Assembly (NCBI GenBank): GCA_963765765.1
Contig: CAVXYC010000023.1
Location: 320,001 to 384,000, forward strand
Direction: 5' to 3'
DNA: 64,000 bases
Origin: an uncultured Chloroflexia bacterium
Lineage (GTDB): Bacteria; Chloroflexota; UBA6077; JACCZL01
Shown here: in pieces, positions 55,449 through 63,198 of the stretch
Layout of the letters: the number at the start of each line of letters is the position of its first letter
Position numbering within the stretch: the first letter of the stretch is position 1
Made by a program: the position numbers and the translations under genes
The notes under the pieces: model-generated
Database searches by the model: none
What the model was told of the DNA's origin: nothing
The model's input: the letters and a program-made list of their open reading frames with translations, nothing else

Positions 55449-55552
55449 TGGTCCCCCGGACGGGGCTGGAACCCGTAGACCGGTTACCAGTTGACGCTAG
55501 GCCGGTCTCCCGATCCCAAATCGGGTGTGTCTACCAGTTCCACCACGGGGGG
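55449..55552 (-). tRNA. Atypical 104-nt class II tRNA-like gene: anticodon TGG (Pro) on a tRNA-Leu-type scaffold
   Basis: Acceptor CCCCCCG/CCGGGGG + A + CCA; D arm TGGTGGAACTGGTAGACAC; anticodon arm CCCGA-TTTGGGA-TCGGG; 32-nt variable region; T arm ACGGG-TTCCAGC-CCCGT. Confidence 0.85.
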
Positions 55553-55558
55553 CGGTGG

Positions 55559-55690
55559 GAAAGCCCCGGAGCCGCGCGTCTAGACAGCCTTGGCTCCGGG
55601 GCCGCTGATCTCCTCATATTCGAGCACCTCGTCTGATCAGTTGGGCGAGACCTAAGCCTCCGGAGTCGCGATCTTCCGGGGGCTTTTCTC
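55559..55690 (-). ncRNA. Structured leader upstream of the tRNA
   Basis: Hairpins 55563-55602, 55605-55640 and 55654-55685; alternative pairing of 55559-55570 with 55675-55688. Confidence 0.4.
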
Positions 55691-55703
55691 TTGCCGTCAG
55701 TTA

Positions 55704-55732
55704 AGTCTAGCAATTTATCTCCATCGAGGCAA
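55704..55732 (-). promoter_or_regulatory. Sigma70-type promoter for the leader and tRNA
   Basis: TTGCCT-N17-TAGACT with extended TG. Confidence 0.65.
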
Positions 55733-55774
55733 GGCTTCTGAAGATAAAATCACGGCGATGGTTCTCAGTTCTTA

Positions 55775-55803
55775 TTGCCAAGTCGGAGATACGCTGGTAG
55801 ACT
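55775..55803 (+). promoter_or_regulatory. Sigma70-type promoter for the passenger gene
   Basis: TTGCCA-N17-TAGACT with extended TG; GGAGG RBS and ATG follow. Confidence 0.65.
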
Positions 55804-55825
55804 TACAGCAGAACGGAGGCCAGAC

Positions 55826-56843
55826 ATGGTCCAAGCGGCAGTAGCGGAGCGGAAAAAGAAGGACCGCAGCCCGAGTTATCCGGCCATTGACCTGGAGACG
55901 GCGCTAGAACGAGCACGGCAGCTTCTCTCTAAAGAGGGTCGCCATTATGCGCCGATCAGCGCGATACTTCAGCACTGGGGATACGCCACTAAGAGCAGCG
56001 GCGGCCTGCTTACAACGGCCGCACTGAAGAAGTTCGGTCTCCTTGAAGATCAAGGGAGTGGCGAGAATCGGAAAGCACGGATCACTGATCTGGCATATCG
56101 CATCCTCATCGATGATCGGCCTAACTCAGAACAGCGTGCGGCGCTTATTCGCGAGGCGGCATTGACGCCGCCGATTCATGCTGAGCTGTGGCAGGAGCGC
56201 GGTCCCGACGGTTCACTCCCGTCCGACGTGACTTTGCGCTTCACTCTCCGCACTGAACGAGGCTTCACAGAGACCGCCGCTTCCGACTTGATCAACGAGT
56301 TTCGCCAGACGATAGCCTTCGCGGGGTTAGACCAGACTGATACAATGTCTGGTAGTGTCGAAGATAAAATCGACCCTGCGGGAGGCGAGCAAGCGACACC
56401 GCCGCCAGGGACTCAACTCGAAAAGCCGGGCTGCGAATCCGGCGAAGCCGCCAACGGCTGGTCCCGGCACGCAGTCTATAAATCTGCCGCTCGATGCTGC
56501 CGCCGGCGAATGGGCGACGCTGGTTGCGCCGTTCCCCCTCACTAAGGAGAAGTGGGATCAGATGCTGGTGGTCCTTGAAGCGATGAAACCGGCATTGATC
56601 GCCCAGCCAAAGCCCAAAGCCGGACCCGATAGGATGGTCGAGGAGATGGCCCAACCCTCGTCTATCACTGCCGAGGCGCAGGAACTGCTACAGAAGGTCG
56701 ATGACGGTGGGGTGCCGACGGCGATGACCGAGAACCTCAGGCGCATTGCCACCGAGAACGGCATTGCCGTCACTCCCGACATGAGCCCGAACAGCATCAT
56801 CGACGAACTTCAAGAAAGTCGCTTGATTGCTAGGGGGGCGTAA
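55826..56843 (+). CDS. Hypothetical passenger protein, probable winged-helix N-terminal domain; frameshift near 56430
   Basis: RSPSYPAIDLETAL...WGY..KS..G...AALKKFGLLE..G; continues in ORF 56355-56843. Confidence 0.65.
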
Positions 56844-56863
56844 GCCCCGCAGTACAATGAGGC

Positions 56864-57004
56864 ATGGCCGAGACCGCACGCCGCAAACGTGAGAAGCCGG
56901 TAAGCCTCGCGCCGCTCGATTTCGAGGACGCTCTACGCGGCCTGATCGCAACCGGCCTAGACCGAGGCCGCCGAGAAGAAGGCACAGAAGTAAGCGACGG
57001 CTGA
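56864..57004 (+). CDS. 46-aa basic peptide of a type I recall near IS1595 transposases
   Basis: MAETARRKREKPVSLAPLDFEDALRGLIATG...; TACAAT at 56853-56858 suggests a leaderless start. Confidence 0.5.
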   Translation: MAETARRKREKPVSLAPLDFEDALRGLIATGLDRGRREEGTEVSDG

Positions 57005-57037
57005 TTTGGAGGCAAGCTCGGTCGCGACCGTCTGAGG

Positions 57038-57262
57038 ATGCAGGCGGGTGAGCGAGCGCCGTGCACACGCACCACCCTGCCCGTGCTGACCGGGGTGCTC
57101 TGCGGGAGACAGCGAAAGGGTCAACTGCTTAACGGCGACGTGAGCGGCGGTGCTGTCTACACTTATATCCAGTGCCCGACGTGCGGCCGTCTCTGGCGCC
57201 ACATCGAAGATTACGGTTACGGCGGCCACAGTTCGTCGTTCGAATCCGTCACGACGGACTAG
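57038..57262 (+). CDS. Small Cys-containing hypothetical protein
   Basis: 74-aa ORF with CPTC plus two upstream Cys. Confidence 0.35.
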   Translation: MQAGERAPCTRTTLPVLTGVLCGRQRKGQLLNGDVSGGAVYTYIQCPTCGRLWRHIEDYGYGGHSSSFESVTTD

Positions 57263-57332
57263 GTACTCGCTTCCCTCGCACCGTCGCACCACCTCCACCG
57301 TACTACTGTAACGATGGAGCTGACTATACGGG

Positions 57333-57348
57333 TGTTTCACGTGAAACA
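57333..57348. promoter_or_regulatory. parS site 2 (right element junction)
   Basis: Perfect TGTTTCACGTGAAACA inside a 24-bp palindrome at 57329-57352. Confidence 0.9.
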
Positions 57349-57566
57349 CCCGGTTGCTTGGCGCCCGTCGCCAGAACTGCGCTCGGCTTCGTCCGTCGCT
57401 CTCGCACTACGCGCTCACGTTATGCTGATAAAGCGCAGCTCGATCGGATCGTCCACGCAGTTCAGTGCGCTTCGCTCTGCTGAGATAGGCGCTGTCCAGT
57501 TTCGGTAAGCAATGGCTCTCTGAGAAAGAGTCGGTGTTTCCTTAGTCTTCAGCGCTATGCGCCGAG

Positions 57567-57582
57567 CGTTTCACGTGAAACG
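57567..57582. promoter_or_regulatory. parS site 3
   Basis: Palindrome CGTTTCACGTGAAACG. Confidence 0.85.
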
Positions 57583-57594
57583 TTCCACTCTGGC

Positions 57595-58918
57595 TCAAGC
57601 CGGAACGGCCGCTTTCGCAGCAGCGTCACCAACCTGGTAGGAGCGCTCCAGCAAGTCCACGACGTGAACCACCTGGACTTCGTCGCCTCGCTTGCGGAAT
57701 CCACCGGCGATCTGCATGGCGCAACCCGGATTGGGCGCCACCACCAGGCTGGCGCCGGTGCGCTCGATATTGCCGAGCTTCGGCTCCAGGATCTGCATGC
57801 TCAGGTCGTAGTGGGTGATGTTGTAGATTCCGGCGCTGCCACAGCACTGGTCGGGCTCAATCATCTCCACCAGCTCGAGTCCGGGAATCGACTTGAGCAG
57901 CTCGCGTGGCTGGTTGCGAATGCCCTGACCATGCACCAGGTGACAGGGATCTTGATAGGTCACCTTGACGTTGAGCTCGCCCAGGCCTTCCGTGCGAAGC
58001 CCGATGTGCACGAGAAACTCTGAGATATCGCGGACCTTGTCCGCGAACGCCTGCGCGCGATCGCGCCACTCAACGTCGGCGTGAAACAGCTCGCCATATT
58101 CCTTCAACGTGGATCCGCAGCCGGCCGCGTTGATGATGACGTAATCGACATCCGCCTGCTCGAAGACCTCGATGTTCTTTCGAGCCAGATCGCGCGCGCC
58201 ATCGCGCTCGCCGCTATGCACGTGAAGGGCGCCACAACAACCCTGTGCTGGCGGCACCACGACCTCGCAGCCGTTGCGCGCGAGAACTCGAGCGGTCGCA
58301 AGGTTCGTCTCGCCCATGAACTGACTCATCACGCAGCCGGAGATCATGCCCACGCGGTACCTACGCTCACCCTGCGCCGGGATGATGTCGGGAACCTGCA
58401 CTTTGCCGATCCCACCCTGGATGTCGCCAAGCATGCCTTCAGCGTTGCGAAGACCCTTGGGCGCAAGGTTAAGTAACCCTGATTTGCGCACAAGTGACTG
58501 TACGCCCGAACGCTGATAGAGCCGTGTAAACGTCCCAATGCTATCCAGCGCCGCGTTGGACGTGAATACTTTGCTTAAGATCGTCCGTGAGATGCTTCGC
58601 TCGCTCTTCGGCGGCGGCGTCAGTCCACGCGCTGCTTCGATGATGCTGCCGTACTGCACGCCTGCGGGACAGATGGTTTGACAGGCACGACAATCGAGGC
58701 AGCCGTAAATGTGCTCCTGATATTGCGGGATCGTCAGGAGCGACTTTACCCTCATAGACTGACTTGATCTGGAAGATTCGCCCGCGGGGCGAATCCATCT
58801 CGACCTTGAGTACGCGGTACGTCGGACACGCGTCCAGACACAGTCCGCAATGTACGCACTGCTTTAGAAGCCGACGATCTAACTCCATCGGCGCCGGAAC
58901 GGGTGTCTCAGTTGCCAT
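57595..58918 (-). CDS. glcF: Glycolate oxidase Fe-S subunit, copy 2; frameshift near 58730
   Basis: [32 protein letters not shown], two CCG domains, NPGC. Confidence 0.9.
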
Positions 58919-58970
58919 CGTTGTCTACTGCTCTCAATGTATTGAAGAGTGTGAAATGCCAGAACCTTGA

Positions 58971-60290
58971 TTATAAGTGGCCGACGAATCGCCCCGGATT
59001 AAGGATGCCGTGTGGATCGAATCGCTGTTTGAGCGCTGTCATGATGCGAAAGCTCGAGCCAACCTCGCCCCATACGTCAATTGTCGACTTGAGCTCGGTT
59101 GGACAGCGCTCGACCACAAGGCTGCCGCGTAACGCTACGGCCGCCGCGCGGCCTTCGTTCACGATGCGCTCGACTGCCGCGTTTGCTCCGAGAACGCGGC
59201 TGTGAATGACGCCAGTTCCGGCTTGCGCTACAGACTGAACCTCGGCACCCTCTCTCCGTCCAAGGGCATCCATACTCTCCATCATTGACGCCGAGCTCGC
59301 CGGCGGAACGCTCAGCTTCAAAACAGCGTCATCGCGTGCATCGGTGAGCTCGGAAAAACGGCGGATCTCCGACCAGGCCCGCTCACCTTCCGAGCCGTCC
59401 AGTATTTGAGCTGCCAGCGCATCGTCGAACAGAGCTACGACGTCTCGAGTTTGACGCGCGACAGCGTTCTCAAAGCCGGCCGCCAGAACGAGCAGCGCGG
59501 CTCCTGCCGATGGAATGTTGCGGCTGAGCAGGTCCGCGGAGGCGGCCGCATCGACAATCGTGAGCGCCGCTGGGTCTAGAGGTGACTTCACAAGCTTCTG
59601 GACGGCTGCCTGCGCTCGGGCGGGGGAGTCGAACACCGCCAGAACGGTGCCAAAACATGGTGGGAGCGGGTGGAGCTTGAATGAAAGCTCCACAATGATC
59701 CCAAGCGTGCCAAACGAACCGGTGTAGAGCTTGTTGAGATCGTAACCGCTCACGTTCTTCACCACTCGACCACCAGCCTTGGTGAGCATCCCCTCGGCAT
59801 TCGCCACGCGGACACCGATGACCAGATCGCGCGCGGTGCCATAGCGCTGACGCATCGGGCCGCTGGCGTTGCTCGAGACAACCCCGCCAATCGTGGCGCG
59901 CTCAGACGCGAACGGATCAAGGCCGAGCATCTGACCGTGCTCACGCAGCATGTCTTGAAGTGCGCCGAATCGCATGCCTGCCTGCACGGTGACGGTAAGA
60001 TCCGCGGGCTCGTACTCCACGACGCCATCCAACGCGCTCGTCAGTAGGACAATGTCTGCCTGTCTCGGCGCGAAACCAACTGACATGCGCGTGCCGCCAC
60101 CGCGCGGGATGACGGATGCCTTCTCTCGATGAGCAACACCGAGTATGGCCGCCACCTCTTCGGCAGTATCCGGCTCGCAAACGATGCCCGGGTGGACCCC
60201 GTCCACATCGTAAGCAGTGTCCGAGGACTCCAGGATACGAACGTGGTCCGAAACTTCCTCGAGTTGGAGGGCGAGGTTCGCGCTTGTCAC
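58971..60290 (-). CDS. glcE: Glycolate oxidase FAD-binding subunit, copy 2
   Basis: PRGGGT, EPADLT, GGRVVKNVSGYDL, FDPHGILNPGR. Confidence 0.88.
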   Translation of the reverse strand: MTSANLALQLEEVSDHVRILESSDTAYDVDGVHPGIVCEPDTAEEVAAILGVAHREKASVIPRGGGTRMSVGFAPRQADIVLLTSALDGVVEYEPADLTVTVQAGMRFGALQDMLREHGQMLGLDPFASERATIGGVVSSNASGPMRQRYGTARDLVIGVRVANAEGMLTKAGGRVVKNVSGYDLNKLYTGSFGTLGIIVELSFKLHPLPPCFGTVLAVFDSPARAQAAVQKLVKSPLDPAALTIVDAAASADLLSRNIPSAGAALLVLAAGFENAVARQTRDVVALFDDALAAQILDGSEGERAWSEIRRFSELTDARDDAVLKLSVPPASSASMMESMDALGRREGAEVQSVAQAGTGVIHSRVLGANAAVERIVNEGRAAAVALRGSLVVERCPTELKSTIDVWGEVGSSFRIMTALKQRFDPHGILNPGRFVGHL

Positions 60291-60316
60291 TGAGATCGAA
60301 TCACCAGCCAGCGTCC

Positions 60317-60489
60317 GAGCTGCGCCCGTAAGGGAGCGGTTCCTCCAAGAATTCCCAGACCGCGGGCGATGTGCCTACACGAGAGAACCGCTCTCTTACG
60401 GTCGCGGCTCTGAGTCTGGCCGGAGGTAACAACCGCGCTGCGGGGCCTCGCGAGAGGAACCGCACCCTCACGGGATGCGGCTCTGCTGG
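60317..60489. repeat. Palindrome cluster of the AGCCGC..CGT(A/G)AG..GCGG family
   Basis: Arms 60317-60342 and 60385-60410 (3 mismatches in 26); a third arm at 60454-60489 matches 22896-22931 and contains the glcF stop. Confidence 0.7.
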
Positions 60490-61847
60490 CTGCGGCTAGG
60501 AACGCCTTCGAGCGCTTTTGGAACGGTGCCGCGGATTGATGCATCGAGTAGCTCGATCGGGTGCAACGCGGGTAGTGAGCGGCCGCAACGATCCAGCGAG
60601 CTGCTGATCTGGAGCAGACAGCCTGGATTGCTCGTTGCGACGGCTTGCGCACCGGTGGCGCCGATATTGGATGCCTTGCGATCACCCAGCTCGCGCGCGG
60701 CTTCGGGCTGCACCAGGTTGTAGATGCCGGCGCTTCCGCAGCAGAGCTCGGACTCGGCAATCTCGGCGATTTCGAGCCCGGGGATGCGGCTCAGAACCGA
60801 TCGGGGCTGCGCATAGACTCCCTGAGCGTGCCGCAAGTGACACGCGTCATGGTAGGCGACCAGGTAGGGCAGCGGATGATAGGTGGCGCGCGGCTCTAGC
60901 TCAACGAGTATCTCGGAGATGTCGCGGACTTTCTCACTGAATGCTCGGGCGCGGTCAGCCCAGAGGGAATCGTCTCGCAGCAGGTAGCCGTACTCCTTAA
61001 GGCTCGATCCGCAACCGGCGGCATTGATGACGATAGTCTCAACATTCGCACGCTCGAAGACCTCAATAAGGTCGCGCGCCCGGCCCAGCGTTCGCTCCTC
61101 TTCGCCGGCGTGGAGCTCCAGAGCGCCGCAACAGCCCTGCTCCGGCGGAACTACCACCTCGCAGCCTTCAGCAAGCAACGTACGTGCGGTTGCCGCGTTG
61201 ACCTCACCGAAGAGCACCTGCTGAACGCAACCGGTGATAAGGCCGACACGACGTCGCGCGGTACCGGCTGGCCGCAGCAGCGATGGAATTCGCACGGGCT
61301 CAAGACTCTTGCCGCTGAGCTTTGGTAGCACCGTGTCCATCGCATCCACACGGCCGGAGAGAATGTCCAACAACCCGGTGCCTCGAAGTAGCCTTCGCAG
61401 ACCCAGCTTCTCACTCGCTGCCACTCCCAGGAGTGCCGCGCGCATGCGTTTTGGGTAGGGGAAGAGCTCAAAGATCATTCGGCGGAACAGCTTGTCTTCG
61501 GGCGAGCGGGGATAATTCCGCTCCACCTGTGCACGAGTGGCCTCGATGAGCTTGTCGTACTGCACTCCCGAAGGGCAGGCCGTCACGCAGGCCATGCAGC
61601 CCAGACAGCGGTCGATGTGCGGCACCACGGTGTCGTTGAGCTGCACGTCGCCTTCGCTGGCCATCTTCATCAGGTAGATTCGGCCGCGAGGCGAGTCCAT
61701 CTCCTCACCCCACAGAGCGTAGGTGGGGCAGGTGGGCAAGCAGAATCCGCAGTGCACGCAATCAGCAATGAGCTCAGGATCGGGTGGTCGGTGCGCGTCG
61801 AAGGCCGAGGTCCCGGTTTCGGACTCGCCTGGCTTAGCAAGAGCCAT
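60468..61847 (-). CDS. glcF: Glycolate oxidase Fe-S subunit, copy 1
   Basis: CVHCGFCLPTCPTY, CLGCMACVTACP, two CCG domains. Confidence 0.92.
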   Translation of the reverse strand: MALAKPGESETGTSAFDAHRPPDPELIADCVHCGFCLPTCPTYALWGEEMDSPRGRIYLMKMASEGDVQLNDTVVPHIDRCLGCMACVTACPSGVQYDKLIEATRAQVERNYPRSPEDKLFRRMIFELFPYPKRMRAALLGVAASEKLGLRRLLRGTGLLDILSGRVDAMDTVLPKLSGKSLEPVRIPSLLRPAGTARRRVGLITGCVQQVLFGEVNAATARTLLAEGCEVVVPPEQGCCGALELHAGEEERTLGRARDLIEVFERANVETIVINAAGCGSSLKEYGYLLRDDSLWADRARAFSEKVRDISEILVELEPRATYHPLPYLVAYHDACHLRHAQGVYAQPRSVLSRIPGLEIAEIAESELCCGSAGIYNLVQPEAARELGDRKASNIGATGAQAVATSNPGCLLQISSSLDRCGRSLPALHPIELLDASIRGTVPKALEGVPSRSQQSRIP

Positions 61848-63182
61848 CTAGAGGCCCCCTATCAGACGGCCAGGATTGAGCGTGCCTCGCGGGTCGAGCT
61901 CTTCTTTGACGCGACGCATGACCGGCAACGTATCGGCGACAGGTCCCCAGACATCGACCTGGCGCTTCACTGCCAACGGCGCGTCTATCACCACGGCGGT
62001 ACCTTCCCTGGGCGCCAGAGATTCACGGAACAGCTCAATTGCGTCGGTCAATAGGTCATCCTGACCATGCGTAATCCAGGCTACGCGCCCGAGCCCATGA
62101 GCGTGGATGACCGCATCCGTGATCCAGCTGTTCGCAGTGCCGATCTCAACCGCGCGATCGATCGTCGCGGCGATCTCCGTTGGCAGCACGCTGACCTTGA
62201 GCACCAACCCGGGGAGCGAAGGCATCCCAGAGCTCCCGCTCCCTCTGGGCGAGGGTTGGGGTGAGGGACCTCCGCCGGCGGCGAAGGATGTTGTTCTACC
62301 CTCACCCCAACCCTCGCCCAGAGGGAGCGGGAGTCCACGGGCTGAGACCATACTCTGTGCCGTTTCGAGCTGCGACTCTACGGATTCGAGTATGCCGCTG
62401 AATTGAGCCGTGACGCTCACCGTGCCGTCGACATCTCGACGAAGCGTGAGTCCGGTTGGCATCAGCGTCGAGCTAAGCATATCGAGCATAAGCTGCCCGC
62501 CGGCCGATGCTGATCCGACGTCCACGGTCAGCGAGCGCGTCTCGGCTGGCAGCGGATACAGGCGAAACGTTGCCTGAGTAATGATGCCCAGCGAGCCGAG
62601 CGAGCCGGTGTAAAGCTTGGGCAAGTCGTAGCCGGCCACGTTCTTCACGACTCGTCCGCCACCATGCGCGACGACACCGTCCGAACGGACCACCGTAATA
62701 CCGATGATCTGGTCGCGAACTCCGCCGTAACGGACCCGCAGAGCGCCGCTATCGTTGGTCGCGACGATGCCGCCGATCGTGGCGTGCTCAGGATGCTCGA
62801 CATCCAGGGCGAGCATCTGGCCGTTCTGCGCTAACGCAGTTTGGACGTCCGCGAAGCGCATGCCCGCCTGTATTGTCGCGGTCATGTCGCCGTGGGCGTG
62901 CTCTACGAGGTTGTCCAGTCGCTCGAGGGAGAGCACGATGTCGAGCGCGCGAGGTGGATTCCCCCAGCCGAGCTTGGTCCCGCCACCGCGAGGCGCCACG
63001 GCCAGCCCATGTTCGCTGCAGCGTGCGAGAACCGCCGCGATTTCTTGCTCTGAAGCGGGTTCAACGACCAGCGTTGGCGTAAGGCCATCGATTGCGTCAA
63101 GCGCCGTACCCTCGCGCACGTACTCCACGCCGACGAGATCATTGAGCTGTTGTCGGAGGGAAGTGGTGGATGCGTGAGTCAT
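61848..63182 (-). CDS. glcE: Glycolate oxidase FAD-binding subunit, copy 1, containing an in-frame palindromic element
   Basis: PRGGGTK, GGRVVKNVAGYDL, LDPRGTLNPGR. Confidence 0.88.
   Translation of the reverse strand: MTHASTTSLRQQLNDLVGVEYVREGTALDAIDGLTPTLVVEPASEQEIAAVLARCSEHGLAVAPRGGGTKLGWGNPPRALDIVLSLERLDNLVEHAHGDMTATIQAGMRFADVQTALAQNGQMLALDVEHPEHATIGGIVATNDSGALRVRYGGVRDQIIGITVVRSDGVVAHGGGRVVKNVAGYDLPKLYTGSLGSLGIITQATFRLYPLPAETRSLTVDVGSASAGGQLMLDMLSSTLMPTGLTLRRDVDGTVSVTAQFSGILESVESQLETAQSMVSARGLPLPLGEGWGEGRTTSFAAGGGPSPQPSPRGSGSSGMPSLPGLVLKVSVLPTEIAATIDRAVEIGTANSWITDAVIHAHGLGRVAWITHGQDDLLTDAIELFRESLAPREGTAVVIDAPLAVKRQVDVWGPVADTLPVMRRVKEELDPRGTLNPGRLIGGL
62233..62333. repeat. CCCTC-type REP inverted pair inside glcE
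   Basis: Perfect 35-bp arms at 62233-62267 and 62299-62333. Confidence 0.9.
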
Positions 63183-63198
63183 TGACGTCGGCAGGCGC

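Larger units (their letters stand above)
54400..57336 (+). mobile_element. IS1595-family element with passenger genes (~2.94 kb)
   Basis: Transposase begins ~65 bp inside the left end; flanking 8-bp repeats TCATGTGA (54392-54399) and TCACGTGA (57337-57344); degenerate ends AACTACTATAT and AACACCCGTAT (reverse complement). Confidence 0.65.

Noticed and set aside
55490-55501. 12-nt identity (GTTGACGCTAGG) between the tRNA variable-arm region and 5658-5669 at the lyase RBS, suggesting antisense targeting
   Set aside because: A single 12-mer match found post hoc in 64 kb is within plausible chance, and there is no other support.
55449-55552. The tRNA as an integration (att) site or as tRNA-Sec
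   Set aside because: No integrase or duplicated tRNA 3' end was seen. The fold is 7/5 with a TGG anticodon, not the 8/5 TCA pattern of tRNA-Sec.
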